A stretch of DNA of 45,264 bases from Thiobacillaceae bacterium (GTDB taxonomy: Bacteria; Pseudomonadota; Gammaproteobacteria; Burkholderiales; Thiobacillaceae): NCBI GenBank assembly GCA_041752155.1, contig JBGSHR010000238.1, positions 1 to 45,264 of the forward strand, read 5' to 3'. Made by a program: the position numbers and the translations under genes. The notes below the pieces were generated by a model that did not search any database, had not been told where the DNA came from, and worked only from the letters and a program-made list of their open reading frames with translations. Below are positions 1 to 11,476 of the stretch, piece after piece. The first letter of the stretch is position 1. Every line of letters begins with the position of its first letter.

Positions 1-28
1 CCGGTGATGACGAGGTGCCGGATTTCCA
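1..28 (-). CDS. 5' end of an unidentified CDS; only 9 codons (MEIRHLVIT) are visible and the gene continues beyond the window
   Basis: The reverse strand reads ATGGAAATCCGGCAC. The ATG overlaps the metG stop as TAATG, which suggests translational coupling. The fragment is too short to identify. Confidence 0.3.
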
Positions 29-2167
29 TTATTTGACTTGCATGCCAGGCGTGGCGCCGGAATCGGGGGAGAGAATGTAAAGGCCGCCGGTCTTGCCTTC
101 TGGATCGGAGGCGGCGAGCACCATGCCTTCGCTCATGCCGAACTTCATCTTGCGCGGCGCCAGGTTGGCCACCATCACCGTCAGCCGCCCCACCAGGGAC
201 TCGGGCGCATAGGCGGCCTTGATGCCGGCGAACACGGTGCGGGTCTCCGTGCCGATGTCCAAGGTGAGCTTCAACAGCTTGTCCGCCCCCTCCACGTGTT
301 CGGCGTTGGCGATGCGGGCGATGCGCAGGTCCACCTTGGTGAAGTCGTCGATGGAGATGAACCCCGCTCCCTCCGGGAGAGGGGCCTGGGGTGAGGGAAC
401 GCTGGCGGGTTTGGCCGCGGCGGCTTGCTGATGCGCGCCGTGGCGCACCGGGTGCTCGGTAGCCGGCCGGGCTCCCTCACCCCCAGCCCCTCCCCCGGCG
501 GGGGAGGGGAGCAGGCTTTCCCGGTTCTCTTCCACCATGGCCTCGATCTTCTTGGGGTCGATGCGGGTCATCAGGTGCTTGTATTCATTGATGGCGTGAT
601 CCGCGAGGAGGGTGCCGGCGTCGGCCCAGGTCAGGGGCGGAATATTCAGGAAGGCTTCCACCTCCTGGGCCAGTCTGGGCAGCACGGGCTTGAGGTAGAG
701 GGAGAGCAGGCGGAAGGCGTTGACCGCCACGGTGCAGGCCTGGTGCAGCTCCGCGTCGCGGCCTTCCTGCTTGGCCATTTCCCAGGGCTTGTGCTGATCC
801 ACGTACTGGTTGGCCAGGTCCGCCAAGGCCATGATCTCGCGCAGGGCCTTGCTGAATTCCCGCGCCTCGTACAGGCCGGCGATGTTCGCGGCGGCCGCCT
901 GCATGGCGGGCAGGGGGGTGTCCGCGCTGGAAAGGGTGCTCAACCTGCCGGCGAAACGCTTGCTGATGAAACCGGCGGAACGGCTGGCGATGTTGACGAA
1001 CTTGCCGATCAGGTCGCTGTTCACGCGGGCGGCGAAGTCCTCCAGGTTGAGGTCGATGTCTTCCAGGTTGTTGCCCAGCTTGGCGGCGTAGTAGTAGCGC
1101 AGCCATTCCGGATTGAGGTGGTTGAGATAGCTCTCGGCGGTGATGAAGGTGCCCCGGGACTTGGACATCTTGGCGCCGTTCACCGTGAGGAAGCCGTGGC
1201 AGAACACCCCGGTGGGGGTGCGGAAGCCGGCGTGGTGCAGTTCGGCGGGCCAGAACAGGGCGTGGAAGTAGAGGATGTCCTTGCCGATGAAGTGGTACAC
1301 CTCGGCCTGGGAATCCGGCCGCCAGAATTCGTTGAAATCCAGGCCGTTGCGGTCGCACAGGTTCTGGAAGCTGCCCATGTAGCCGATCGGGGCGTCCAGC
1401 CAGACGTAGTAGTACTTGCCCGGTGCGTCGGGGATCTCGAAGCCGAAGTAGGGCGCGTCCCGGGAGATGTCCCAGTCGGACAGGCCGCCTTCCAGCCACT
1501 CGTTGAGCTTGTTGCCGGCCTCGGCCTGGACCTGGGGCGGGGCGATCCAGCCGCGCAGGAAGTCGGCGCAGCGCGGGTCGGAGAGCTTGAAGAAATAGTG
1601 GTCGGACTGCTTCTTCACCGGTGTGGCGCCGGACACGGCGGAGAACGGGTTGATCAGGTCGGTGGGCTGGTAGGCGGCGCCGCAGGCCTCGCAGGAATCG
1701 CCGTACTGGTCCTTGGCGTGGCACTTGGGGCATTCGCCCTTGATGAAACGGTCGGGCAGGAACATCTGCTTGACCGGGTCGTAGAACTGCTCGATGGCGC
1801 GCACTTCGATCAGGCCGGCGTCCTTGAGGCGGGTGTAGATGGTGTCGGCGTAGTGGCGGGTTTCCGGGGTGTTGGTGGAATAGAAGTTGTCGAAGGCCAC
1901 GTGGAAGCCGTCGAAGTCGCGCTTGTGCTCGTGCCAGGTGCGCGCTATCAGTTGTTCCGGGGTGATGCCTTCCTTCTCCGCGCGCAGCATGATGGGGGTG
2001 CCGTGGGTGTCGTCGGCGCACACGTACCAGCATTCGTGGCCCTGCATCTTCTGGAAGCGCACCCAGATGTCGGTCTGGATGTATTCCACCAGGTGGCCCA
2101 GGTGGATGCTGCCGTTGGCGTAGGGCAGGGCGGAGGTGACGAGGATTTTTCTATTCGGGCGGGACAT
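29..2167 (-). CDS. metG: Methionyl-tRNA synthetase with C-terminal Trbp111/EMAP-like tRNA-binding domain
   Basis: 712-aa ORF. The N-terminus reads [19 protein letters not shown] (HIGH motif). A KMSKS motif (GAKMSKSRG) and a CPKC...C..C zinc knuckle are present. The C-terminal [11 protein letters not shown]...GLYILSPD is a tRNA-binding domain. Confidence 0.97.
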   Translation of the reverse strand: MSRPNRKILVTSALPYANGSIHLGHLVEYIQTDIWVRFQKMQGHECWYVCADDTHGTPIMLRAEKEGITPEQLIARTWHEHKRDFDGFHVAFDNFYSTNTPETRHYADTIYTRLKDAGLIEVRAIEQFYDPVKQMFLPDRFIKGECPKCHAKDQYGDSCEACGAAYQPTDLINPFSAVSGATPVKKQSDHYFFKLSDPRCADFLRGWIAPPQVQAEAGNKLNEWLEGGLSDWDISRDAPYFGFEIPDAPGKYYYVWLDAPIGYMGSFQNLCDRNGLDFNEFWRPDSQAEVYHFIGKDILYFHALFWPAELHHAGFRTPTGVFCHGFLTVNGAKMSKSRGTFITAESYLNHLNPEWLRYYYAAKLGNNLEDIDLNLEDFAARVNSDLIGKFVNIASRSAGFISKRFAGRLSTLSSADTPLPAMQAAAANIAGLYEAREFSKALREIMALADLANQYVDQHKPWEMAKQEGRDAELHQACTVAVNAFRLLSLYLKPVLPRLAQEVEAFLNIPPLTWADAGTLLADHAINEYKHLMTRIDPKKIEAMVEENRESLLPSPAGGGAGGEGARPATEHPVRHGAHQQAAAAKPASVPSPQAPLPEGAGFISIDDFTKVDLRIARIANAEHVEGADKLLKLTLDIGTETRTVFAGIKAAYAPESLVGRLTVMVANLAPRKMKFGMSEGMVLAASDPEGKTGGLYILSPDSGATPGMQVK

Positions 2168-2211
2168 GGCGATCTGCGGGCTGGAAATGGCGCTATTTTA
2201 CGCAGCCCGGC

Positions 2212-3570
2212 GTGGACAGGAGACGGCAATTGGCAAAGACACAGCGCAGCGCCCTCAGGCCCGGCGTGACCAGACGCGAGGTGTGGGCCTGGGCCATGTT
2301 CGATTTCGCCAACTCGGGCTACACCACCGTGGTCATCACCGCCGTGTTCAACGCCTATTTCGTGGCCACGGTGGCGGGCAACGCGCCCTGGGCCACCCTG
2401 GCCTGGACCGGCGCCCTGGCCCTGTCCTATGCCCTGATCATGCTCACCGCCCCGGCCCTGGGGGCCTATGCCGATCTGCGCACGGCCAAGAAGCGCCTGC
2501 TGGCCATCACCACCGTTGGCTGCGTGCTGGCCACGGCGGCCCTGGGTCTGGCCGGGCCGGGGGACATCTGGCTGGCGGCGTTGTTGGTGGTGGTGAGTAA
2601 CTATTTCTTCGGCACCGGCGAGAACCTCATCGCCGCCTTTCTGCCGGAACTGGCCCGGGGCCGCTCCCTGGGCTGGGTGTCGGGCCTGGGCTGGGGCCTG
2701 GGCTACCTCGGCGGTATCGTCAGTTTGGGCGCCAGCCTGGCCTATGTACTGCATGCCCAATTCCTGGGCCAGTCCGCCAGCCAGTTCGTGCCGGTGACCC
2801 TGTTTCTCACCGCTGGCATTTTTGCACTGGCCGCCTTGTCCACCTTCCTGTTCCTCAAGGAGCGTCCCATGGGGGAGGGCTCCGCCGAGCATCCCGTGGT
2901 GTCCGCTTACCGCCGCATGCTGGATACCCTGGGCCGCGCCCGCGACTATCCCGATCTGCTCCGCTTCCTGGTGTGCATCGTTTTCTATCAGGCCGGAGTG
3001 CAGGCGGTGATCGCTCTGGCTGCGGTCTATGCCCAGCAGGCCATGGGTTTCAATACCCAACAGAGCATCGTGTTGATCCTGGCGGTGAACGTGATGGCCG
3101 CCCTGGGGGCGTTGGGCTTCGGCCATGTACAGGATCGAATCGGCCACAAGGCGGCGGTGGCCTGGACCCTGGCCGGCTGGCTGTTGACCATCGTCCTGGC
3201 CTGGCTTGCTCCGGGGGCGGGCCTGTTCTGGCTGGCCGCCGGCTTGGCGGGCTTGTGCCTGGGGGCTTCCCAGTCCGCTGGTCGAGCCATGGTTGGATAC
3301 CTCAGTCCTCCGTCGCGGCGGGCGGAGTTCTTCGGCCTGTGGGGCATGGCGGTGAAGTTGTCCTCCATCCTGGGACCGGTAACTTATGGCGCGGCCGTGT
3401 GGCTGAACGGCGGCGCGCATCGGTCCGCCATGTTGACCCTGGCGCTGTTTTTCATCGTCGGTTTGGTCGTGCTAACCGGTGTGGATATGCGCCGGGGGCG
3501 GCGCGCGGCCTTGCGGGGGGAAAAAAAGAATATGGAAATCCACGTTGCCGCCGCGGAAAGGCTTGGATAG
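2212..3570 (+). CDS. MFS transporter, UMF1/Atg22-like family
   Basis: 452-aa polytopic membrane ORF with the family-typical REVWAWAMFDFANSGYTTVVITAVFNAYF N-terminus. The start is GTG, so the exact start is uncertain. Confidence 0.8.
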   Translation: MDRRRQLAKTQRSALRPGVTRREVWAWAMFDFANSGYTTVVITAVFNAYFVATVAGNAPWATLAWTGALALSYALIMLTAPALGAYADLRTAKKRLLAITTVGCVLATAALGLAGPGDIWLAALLVVVSNYFFGTGENLIAAFLPELARGRSLGWVSGLGWGLGYLGGIVSLGASLAYVLHAQFLGQSASQFVPVTLFLTAGIFALAALSTFLFLKERPMGEGSAEHPVVSAYRRMLDTLGRARDYPDLLRFLVCIVFYQAGVQAVIALAAVYAQQAMGFNTQQSIVLILAVNVMAALGALGFGHVQDRIGHKAAVAWTLAGWLLTIVLAWLAPGAGLFWLAAGLAGLCLGASQSAGRAMVGYLSPPSRRAEFFGLWGMAVKLSSILGPVTYGAAVWLNGGAHRSAMLTLALFFIVGLVVLTGVDMRRGRRAALRGEKKNMEIHVAAAERLG

Positions 3571-3573
3571 AAT
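3545..3573 (+). promoter_or_regulatory. Candidate sigma-70 promoter for tRNA-Val
   Basis: TTGCCG-N17-TAGAAT followed by the GC-rich discriminator GCGCC, about 12 nt upstream of the tRNA 5' end. It overlaps the MFS gene stop codon. Confidence 0.35.
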
Positions 3574-3585
3574 GCGCCACTCTTT

Positions 3586-3662
3586 AGGCGCGTAGCTCAG
3601 CTGGTTAGAGCACCACCTTGACATGGTGGGGGTCGTTGGTTCGAGTCCAATCGCGCCTACCA
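3586..3662 (+). tRNA. tRNA-Val (anticodon GAC)
   Basis: Cloverleaf read by eye. The acceptor stem is AGGCGCG/CGCGCCT. The D-arm is TAGCTCAGCTGGTTAGAGCA. The anticodon stem is CCACC/GGTGG with loop TTGACAT. The T-arm is GGTTCGAGTCC, and the 3' CCA is encoded. Confidence 0.95.
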
Positions 3663-3759
3663 GCTACCCATAGGAACAATACGAGATGGATGTTCGAACT
3701 TGCACGATCCTCTGGATCTCCCAAGCGGCTTGAGCCTTATCTCGATATTGACCTGAAGA

Positions 3760-3790
3760 AAAAGTGCGGCCAGCCCGCACTTTTTTTTTG
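3760..3790 (+). terminator. Rho-independent terminator downstream of tRNA-Val
   Basis: GTGCGG-ccagc-CCGCAC hairpin followed by a run of 9 T. Confidence 0.8.
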
Positions 3791-3835
3791 CCTCGAATTT
3801 TTTGTATTTGATTGATCGATTTTCCGGAGTCGGAC

Positions 3836-5731
3836 ATGCCTCAGATCAGATTGCCCGATGGCTCGGTTCGGGCCTTCGATAACCCGGTGACCGTGGCCCA
3901 GGTGGCGGCCAGCATCGGCGCCGGCCTGGCCCGGGCGGCCCTGGCCGGCAAGTTGGACGGCCAGTTGGTGGATACCTCCCATCTGATCGAACAGGATGCG
4001 GACCTGGCCATCATCACCGACAAGGATGCGGACGGCCTGGACCTGATCCGCCATTCAACGGCCCATCTCCTGGCCTACGCGGTCAAGCAGTTGTTCCCGG
4101 ATGCCCAGGTAACCATCGGCCCGGTGATCGAGGACGGCTTCTATTACGACTTCTCCTTGAAGACCCCCTTCACGCCGGAAGACCTGGCGGCCATCGAGAA
4201 GCGCATGGCGGAGCTGGTCAAGCAGGACATCCCGGTGACCCGGGAGGAGTGGGATCGGGATGCGGCGGTGGACTTCTTCAAGTCCATCGGCGAGCACTAC
4301 AAGGCGGAGCTCATCGCCAGCATTCCGGCCGGCCAGACCATTTCCTTGTATCGGGAAGGCGACTTCATCGACCTGTGCCGGGGCCCCCACGTGCCCAGCA
4401 CCGGCAAGCTCAAGGTCTTCAAGCTCATGAAGCTGGCCGGCGCCTACTGGCGCGGCGACTCCAAGAACGAGATGCTGCAACGGGTGTACGGCACTGCCTG
4501 GGCCAACAAGGACGACCTGGCCGCCTATCTGCATCGTCTGGAAGAGGCGGAGAAGCGAGACCACCGTCGCCTGGGCAAGCAGCTGGACCTGTTTCATCTC
4601 CAGGACGAAGCGCCGGGCATGGTGTTCTGGCATCCCCACGGCTGGGTGCTGTGGCAGGAGATCGAGCAGTACATGCGCGGGAAATTCATCGAGTACGGCT
4701 ACCAGGAAGTCAAAACCCCCACGGTGATGGACAAGAGCCTGTGGGAGAAGTCCGGCCACTGGGACAACTACCGGGAACAGATGTTCACCACCGCCTCGGA
4801 GAACCGGGATTACGCGGTGAAGCCCATGAACTGCCCCGGCCACGTGCAGATCTTCAATCACGCCCTGCGCAGCTACCGGGACCTGCCTCTGCGTTTGGCT
4901 GAGTTTGGTTCCTGCCATCGCAACGAGCCCTCCGGTGCGCTGCATGGCCTGATGCGGGTGCGTGCCTTCACCCAGGACGATGCCCACATCTTCTGTACCG
5001 AGGATCAGATCCAGGCCGAGGTGTCGGACTTCATCAAGATGCTCCAGGCCTGCTATGCGGATTTCGGCTTTGCCGACGTGCTGGTGAAGCTCTCCACCCG
5101 TCCCGACAAACGGGTCGGTTCGGACGAGAGCTGGGACAAGGCGGAGGCCGCCCTGGCGGCGGCGCTGGAACAGAATGCCCTGGCCTTCGATCTGCAGCCC
5201 GGCGAGGGCGCTTTCTACGGACCCAAGATCGAGTTCACCCTGAAAGATTCTTTGGGCCGGCTGTGGCAGGTGGGCACCATCCAGCTGGACTTCAACCTGC
5301 CGGTGCGCCTGGGCGCCGAATTCGTGGACGAGGACAACACCCGCAAGCCGCCGGTCATGCTGCACCGGGCCATCCTCGGCTCCATGGAGCGCTTCATCGG
5401 CATCCTCATCGAACACTACGCCGGCAACTTCCCGGTTTGGCTGGCGCCGGTGCAGGCGGTGGTGATGTGCATCACCGATGCCCAGGCGGAATATGCCGCC
5501 CAAATCACGGAAGCCCTTAGAAAACAAGGCTTCCGCGTGGTTTCGGACTTGAGAAACGAGAAGATTACCTATAAAATCCGCGAGCACTCCATGCAGCGCG
5601 TGCCGTTTCAAGTGATCGTGGGCGAGAAAGAACGCCTGGAAAACAAGGTGGCGGTGCGAGCAAGGGGTGGCGAGGATCTCGGCCAGATGGGCCTTGAGGA
5701 CTTGGTCGCCAAGCTGCGTGAGGGGATTTGA
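3836..5731 (+). CDS. thrS: Threonyl-tRNA synthetase
   Basis: [14 protein letters not shown] is a TGS-domain N-terminus. Class II motifs are present ([28 protein letters not shown]). The ATG at 3836 has a GGAG SD upstream and is preferred over the TTG at 3812 used by the ORF track. Confidence 0.96.
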   Translation: MPQIRLPDGSVRAFDNPVTVAQVAASIGAGLARAALAGKLDGQLVDTSHLIEQDADLAIITDKDADGLDLIRHSTAHLLAYAVKQLFPDAQVTIGPVIEDGFYYDFSLKTPFTPEDLAAIEKRMAELVKQDIPVTREEWDRDAAVDFFKSIGEHYKAELIASIPAGQTISLYREGDFIDLCRGPHVPSTGKLKVFKLMKLAGAYWRGDSKNEMLQRVYGTAWANKDDLAAYLHRLEEAEKRDHRRLGKQLDLFHLQDEAPGMVFWHPHGWVLWQEIEQYMRGKFIEYGYQEVKTPTVMDKSLWEKSGHWDNYREQMFTTASENRDYAVKPMNCPGHVQIFNHALRSYRDLPLRLAEFGSCHRNEPSGALHGLMRVRAFTQDDAHIFCTEDQIQAEVSDFIKMLQACYADFGFADVLVKLSTRPDKRVGSDESWDKAEAALAAALEQNALAFDLQPGEGAFYGPKIEFTLKDSLGRLWQVGTIQLDFNLPVRLGAEFVDEDNTRKPPVMLHRAILGSMERFIGILIEHYAGNFPVWLAPVQAVVMCITDAQAEYAAQITEALRKQGFRVVSDLRNEKITYKIREHSMQRVPFQVIVGEKERLENKVAVRARGGEDLGQMGLEDLVAKLREGI

Positions 5732-5794
5732 ATATCACAGGAGCCGATGAAGCTGATCGGCTCCTCGTTTTTTGACCATTAAAAGGGGCTTGAG

Positions 5795-6316
5795 ATAGCA
5801 CAGGACAAGGAACCCCGAATCAACGGCGAGATCGACACGCCTCAGATTCGACTGGTAGGGGTGGACAGCGAGCAGCTGGGTATCGTGAGTCTGCGGGAAG
5901 CGCTGAGCAAGGCGGAAGAAGCTGAGCTGGATCTGGTGGAGATTGCGCCTCAGGCGGAGCCTCCGGTATGCCGAATCATGGATTACGGCAAGTTCAAGTA
6001 CCAGGAGAGCAAGAAGCAGCACGACGCCAGGCTCAAGCAGAAGCAGATCCAGGTCAAGGAAGTGAAGTTCCGCCCGGGTACCGACGAGGCGGATTACCAG
6101 GTCAAGCTGCGCAATCTGGTTCGCTTCCTGGACGAGGGTGACAAGGCCAAGATTACCCTGCGCTTCCGTGGTCGAGAGATGGCCCACCAGGAATTGGGTT
6201 TGCAGTTGCTCAAGCGGGTCGAGGCGGATTTGGCCGAACTCGGTGTGGTGGAACAGTTTCCCAAGATGGAAGGGCGGCAGATGGTGATGGTCCTGTCCCC
6301 GAAGAAGAAGAAATAA
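5795..6316 (+). CDS. infC: Translation initiation factor IF-3, probable non-canonical AUA start
   Basis: The frame is open from the stop at 5780-5782. The conserved IF-3 N-terminus [22 protein letters not shown] lies upstream of the first GTG (5861). ATA at 5795 is preceded by the AAAAGGGG SD. Confidence 0.85.
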   Translation: MAQDKEPRINGEIDTPQIRLVGVDSEQLGIVSLREALSKAEEAELDLVEIAPQAEPPVCRIMDYGKFKYQESKKQHDARLKQKQIQVKEVKFRPGTDEADYQVKLRNLVRFLDEGDKAKITLRFRGREMAHQELGLQLLKRVEADLAELGVVEQFPKMEGRQMVMVLSPKKKK

Positions 6317-6433
6317 GTTATCGATTTTGTGAGGTGGGCACGGCCTCTTAACCGTGCCGAACAAGTGCCGTATGGCTAGTCAAGCGCTCCCGTTGGGGGC
6401 CGCCAGGCGGCATCGAAGAAAAGGAGCATTCCC

Positions 6434-6631
6434 ATGCCCAAGATGAAGACCAAGAGCGGGGCCGCCAAGCGCTTCCGCGTGCGGGGCAGCGGCAGCATTA
6501 AGCGGTCCTCCGCCTATATGCGCCACATCCTCACCAAGAAGACCACCAAGCGTAAGCGCCACCTGCGCGGTATGTCTGACGTCAATCCCTCCGACATCGG
6601 TCACGTCCGTGACATGATGCCCTACGCCTAA
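6434..6631 (+). CDS. rpmI: 50S ribosomal protein L35
   Basis: 65 aa, [16 protein letters not shown]..., with an AAGGAG SD upstream. Confidence 0.97.
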   Translation: MPKMKTKSGAAKRFRVRGSGSIKRSSAYMRHILTKKTTKRKRHLRGMSDVNPSDIGHVRDMMPYA

Positions 6632-6645
6632 AAAGGAGACCAGAC

Positions 6646-7011
6646 ATGCCTCGCGTTAAACGTGGTGTTACCGCCCGCGCCAGCCACAAGAAGGTGTTGG
6701 ACGCGGCCAAGGGTTACCGTGGCCGTCGCAAGAACGTATTCCGGGTAGCCAACGAAGCGGTCATGAAGGCCGGTCAGTATGCCTATCGTGACCGTCGCCA
6801 GAAAAAGCGTCAGTTCCGCGTATTGTGGATTGCCCGTATCAACGCCGCCGTGCGCGAGCTGGGTATGGACATGACCTACAGCGTGTTCATGAACGGCCTG
6901 AAGAAGGCGAACATCGAGATCGACCGCAAGGTGCTTTCCGACATGGCCATCTTCGACCAGCCCGCCTTCGCCAAGATTGCGGAACAGGCCAAGGCCAGCC
7001 TGGGAGCCTAA
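6646..7011 (+). CDS. rplT: 50S ribosomal protein L20
   Basis: 121 aa, [18 protein letters not shown]...[12 protein letters not shown]. Confidence 0.97.
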   Translation: MPRVKRGVTARASHKKVLDAAKGYRGRRKNVFRVANEAVMKAGQYAYRDRRQKKRQFRVLWIARINAAVRELGMDMTYSVFMNGLKKANIEIDRKVLSDMAIFDQPAFAKIAEQAKASLGA

Positions 7012-7029
7012 CTAGCTCCCAGCACTACT

Positions 7030-7056
7030 AGGGAGGCCTGAGAGGGCCTCCCTTTT
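7030..7056 (+). terminator. Rho-independent terminator after rplT
   Basis: GGGAGGCC-tgagag-GGCCTCCC hairpin followed by TTTT. Confidence 0.8.
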
Positions 7057-7070
7057 CATTTCCGGGTTAG

Positions 7071-8066
<996 letters not shown>

Positions 8067-8084
8067 TTCGCCGGGATACCTGTC

Positions 8085-10439
8085 ATGCAATTCTCCGAAG
8101 CCTGGCTGCGCAGCCTCGTCAATCCGAACCTGACCACCGAGCAGCTTGGCCATGTGTTGACCATGGCCGGCCTGGAGGTGGAGGCCATCAAGCCGGTGGC
8201 CGCCGCTTTCACCCGGGTGGTGGTGGGGGAAATACTCGCCGCAGAGAAACATCCCGATGCCGACCGGCTCCAGGTCTGCCAGGTGGATGTGGGCGAGGGC
8301 GTGCCCCTTACCATCGTCTGCGGCGCCCCCAATGCCCGCGCCGGTCTGAAGACCGCCTGCGCCCGGGTGGGTGCCGAGTTGCCTGGTATCCAGATCAAGC
8401 AGGCGAAGGTGCGCAATGTGGAGTCCTTCGGCATGCTGTGTTCCGCCAAGGAGCTGGGCATGGCCGAGGCGGCCGATGGCATCATGGAATTGCCCGCGGA
8501 CGCGCCGGTAGGGGCCCAGTTGCGCGATTGGCTGAACCTAAATGACCGCCTCTTCACCCTCAAACTGACCCCCAACCGGGGCGATTGTTTATCCCTGGCC
8601 GGTATCGCCCGGGAAGTGGCGGCCCTGACCGCCATGCCGCTGAATGCGGTGGACAGCAGCCCGGTGCCGGCCGCCTTGATGGATGTCCACCCGGTCGCCA
8701 TCGACGCCCAGGCCGCCTGTCCGCGCTACTGCGGTCGGGTGATCCGTGGAGTCGATACCCGTGCCGCCACGCCCCGCTGGATGGTGGAGCGCCTGGAGCG
8801 TTCCGGCCTGCGCGCCATCCATCCGGTGGTGGATGTGACCAATTACGTCTTGCTGGAGCTGGGCCAGCCCATGCACGCCTTCGATCTGGCCCGCCTGCAA
8901 GGCGGCGTGCTGGTGCGCATGGCTAACGCAGGAGAAAAGCTGGACCTGCTCAACGAGCAAACCATCGAACTCAGGGAAGATGCCCTGGTGATCGCCGATG
9001 AAAGTGGCGCCCTGGCCCTGGCCGGCATCATGGGCGGTGCCGCCAGCGCGGTGGGGAATGCCACCTGCGATCTGTTCCTGGAAGCTGCCCATTTCGCCCC
9101 CGATGCCATCGCCGGGCGGGCCCGTGCCTATGCCCTCTCCACCGATTCCTCCCACCGCTTCGAGCGCGGGGTGGACCCGGAGTTGCCAAGACTGGCCATG
9201 GAACGGGCCACGCGCCTGATCCTGGATATCTGCGGCGGGCAGTGCGGACCGGTGGTGGAGACCGGCTCGGGTGTGTCTGAGCGAGGGGCCATCCCTTTCC
9301 GTCCGGAACGGGTCCGGCGCGTGCTGGGCTTCGATCTGGTGGATGCCGCCATGGCGGACATCCTTTCCCGCCTAGGGATGAAAGTGGCTGCGGCCGAAGT
9401 CGGTTTCCTGGCTACGCCGCCGAGCTACCGCTTCGATCTCGCCCGTGAAGTGGATCTGATCGAAGAAATCGCCCGGGTGCACGGTTACGACGCGATTCCG
9501 GCCATCGCTCTGTGCGACGAGCGCGCCATGCTGCCCTTAGGAGAGGGCGAGCGCCCAGAGCGAGAAATTAAAAATCTTTTGGTGGCAAGGGGTTACCAGG
9601 AGATTATCACCTATAGCTTTATATCCTCTGAGCTCGACCTGGCCTTCCGCGACGAGGGGGGGAGCATTCCTTTGCTCAATCCCATCGCCAGCCAGATGGG
9701 GGTCATGCGCGGTGGGTTGATGGGCGGGCTGGTGCAGACCCTGCGCCACAATCTCAATCACGGTCAGGAACGCGTGCGCGTGTTCGAGGCCGGTCGAGTG
9801 TTTAGCTCGGCGGATGCCGAGGGGCAGCCTTTGCGCATCGCCGCCCTGGTTTATGGTGCGAACCGCCCGGAACAGTGGGGAGAGCCCGCGCGTGGGGCGG
9901 ATTTCTTTGACCTCCGTGCCGACCTGGAGGCCTTGCTGTATCCCCTGTCGGCCCAGTTCGTTGCCGCCGAGCACCTGGCTCTGCATCCGGGTCAGTGTGC
10001 CCGCATCGAACTCGGTGGACAGAGGCTAGGCTGGCTCGGGTCCTTGCATCCACGGCTGGTGCAGAAATTCGGTTTTGCCAAGGCTCCCGTCCTGTTTGAG
10101 CTGGATCTGTTGCCCCTGACATCGCGCGATGCGCCTCGCTATCGTGGCATGCCGCGTTTCCCGGCGGTGCGCCGCGATATCGCCGTGGTGGTGGATGAAG
10201 GTGTGCGTGTGGGGGATATCCTGGCCTGTGTGAAGGCCTCCAAACCCGCGATAGTGGCGGATCTAGCCTTGTTCGACGTGTACCAAGGGCAGGGTGTTGA
10301 TGCCGGCAAAAAAAGCCTTGCTTTCAAGGTGTTGTTACAACATACTGAGAAAACGCTTACGGATTCTGAAATCGACGTGGCGGTACAGGATGTGGTCAAC
10401 ATTCTGAACAATAATTTCAACGCTAGCTTGCGCGGTTGA
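8085..10439 (+). CDS. pheT: Phenylalanyl-tRNA synthetase beta subunit
   Basis: 784 aa. [14 protein letters not shown] is the typical N-terminus. tRNA-binding, B3/4, B5 and FDX-ACB regions are recognisable. Confidence 0.97.
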   Translation: MQFSEAWLRSLVNPNLTTEQLGHVLTMAGLEVEAIKPVAAAFTRVVVGEILAAEKHPDADRLQVCQVDVGEGVPLTIVCGAPNARAGLKTACARVGAELPGIQIKQAKVRNVESFGMLCSAKELGMAEAADGIMELPADAPVGAQLRDWLNLNDRLFTLKLTPNRGDCLSLAGIAREVAALTAMPLNAVDSSPVPAALMDVHPVAIDAQAACPRYCGRVIRGVDTRAATPRWMVERLERSGLRAIHPVVDVTNYVLLELGQPMHAFDLARLQGGVLVRMANAGEKLDLLNEQTIELREDALVIADESGALALAGIMGGAASAVGNATCDLFLEAAHFAPDAIAGRARAYALSTDSSHRFERGVDPELPRLAMERATRLILDICGGQCGPVVETGSGVSERGAIPFRPERVRRVLGFDLVDAAMADILSRLGMKVAAAEVGFLATPPSYRFDLAREVDLIEEIARVHGYDAIPAIALCDERAMLPLGEGERPEREIKNLLVARGYQEIITYSFISSELDLAFRDEGGSIPLLNPIASQMGVMRGGLMGGLVQTLRHNLNHGQERVRVFEAGRVFSSADAEGQPLRIAALVYGANRPEQWGEPARGADFFDLRADLEALLYPLSAQFVAAEHLALHPGQCARIELGGQRLGWLGSLHPRLVQKFGFAKAPVLFELDLLPLTSRDAPRYRGMPRFPAVRRDIAVVVDEGVRVGDILACVKASKPAIVADLALFDVYQGQGVDAGKKSLAFKVLLQHTEKTLTDSEIDVAVQDVVNILNNNFNASLRG

Positions 10440-10456
10440 TTACGGAGTCTTACCGC

Positions 10457-10765
10457 ATGACCCTCACCAAAGCAGAACTGGCCAACCTGTTGTTCGAAAA
10501 GGTCGGCTTGAATAAACGCGAAGCCAAAGAGATGGTGGAGACCTTCTTCGAAGAGGTGCGCACCGCCCTGGAAAAAGGCGACAGCGTAAAACTCTCCGGT
10601 TTCGGCAATTTTCAGCTGCGCGAAAAGCCCCAGCGTCCTGGGCGTAACCCCAAGACCGGTGAAGAGATGCCCATCACCGCCCGGCGCGTGGTGACCTTTC
10701 ATGCCAGTCAGAAGCTGAAGGCTATGGTGGAAGAAGCCCATGTCGGACCATCTGCCGAACTCTGA
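10457..10765 (+). CDS. ihfA: Integration host factor alpha subunit
   Basis: [28 protein letters not shown]...[23 protein letters not shown] 10457 has an ACGGAG SD and is preferred over the TTG at 10436, which overlaps the pheT stop. Confidence 0.93.
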   Translation: MTLTKAELANLLFEKVGLNKREAKEMVETFFEEVRTALEKGDSVKLSGFGNFQLREKPQRPGRNPKTGEEMPITARRVVTFHASQKLKAMVEEAHVGPSAEL

Positions 10766-11123
10766 ACTCCCCCCCATTCCGCCGAAACGGTATTTCACCA
10801 TCGGCGAAGTGAGCGAACTGTGCGGCGTCAAGCCCCATGTGCTGCGTTACTGGGAGCAGGAATTCTCCCAGTTGAAGCCGGTCAAGCGGCGCGGCAACCG
10901 ACGCTATTATCAGCATCACGAGGTGATGTTGATCCGGCGCATCCGGGAACTGCTCTACGAACAGGGCTTTACCATCATTGGCGCGCGCAACCGCCTGCTT
11001 TCCGACGGCCCGGAAACTGGAAGTATTGCCCATGAGGATCCGCTTGCCTCGACGGCTGACGGTGTGGACTTGGCCAGCCTCAAGCGCGAACTGGGCGAGA
11101 TCATCGAGTTGCTCAAGCACTAG
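10740..11123 (+). CDS. MerR-family HTH transcriptional regulator (conserved partner downstream of pheST-ihfA)
   Basis: 127 aa with [26 protein letters not shown], a MerR-type HTH. It overlaps the ihfA 3' end by 26 nt. Confidence 0.85.
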   Translation: MSDHLPNSELPPIPPKRYFTIGEVSELCGVKPHVLRYWEQEFSQLKPVKRRGNRRYYQHHEVMLIRRIRELLYEQGFTIIGARNRLLSDGPETGSIAHEDPLASTADGVDLASLKRELGEIIELLKH

Positions 11124-11476
11124 CTGCTTGCCCGCCGCCCCTCCGGGCCTCGTTTTCTCCCCTTCGCCATATCGCCTCGGTGTTGTCGCAGGGCGAGCAA
11201 ACATTCCAGATGCTTCCCAAACACGGGGCGATTCACCTAATCTGAGCGGCGCATGATTCCCGCCATGCTCAGGAGGTGTAGCCGTGCTCCAGGAAATGAC
11301 CGACGATATTCTTGTCTTCCCGGTGCGGTGCGGCTCGGCCCGACCAAACCGATGTGGAGCAGAGTAGTGCGCGCCCTCATTGCCCCAAACCTGGACGATA
11401 CGTACCTGGCCATTTATCTCTGCATCACGTTTCACCCGAGTGAAACGGCGGACGGGCTGGGCTGAGGCTATAGATC

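Noticed and set aside
425-2269. 614-aa ORF on the + strand opposite metG
   Set aside because: It is fully antisense to an unmistakable metG. The translation is Gly/Ala/Val/Arg-rich low-complexity sequence, typical of shadow frames in GC-rich DNA.
1948-3420. 490-aa minus-strand ORF spanning the metG 5' end and the MFS gene
   Set aside because: It crosses the divergent intergenic region, has a low-complexity Gly/Gln/Arg/His-rich translation, and conflicts with two well-supported genes.
3618-3815. 65-aa ORF overlapping tRNA-Val and its terminator
   Set aside because: It starts inside the tRNA and reads through the terminator hairpin, so it is not plausible coding sequence.
4055-5611. 518-aa ORF antisense to thrS
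   Set aside because: It is a shadow ORF with no recognisable motifs, and thrS on the + strand explains the region.
6337-6358. Hairpin GGCACGG-cctcttaa-CCGTGCC between infC and rpmI, considered as an L20 operator or attenuator
   Set aside because: It has no U-tract, and I cannot establish the pseudoknot required for L20 binding by eye. The evidence is too weak to call a feature.
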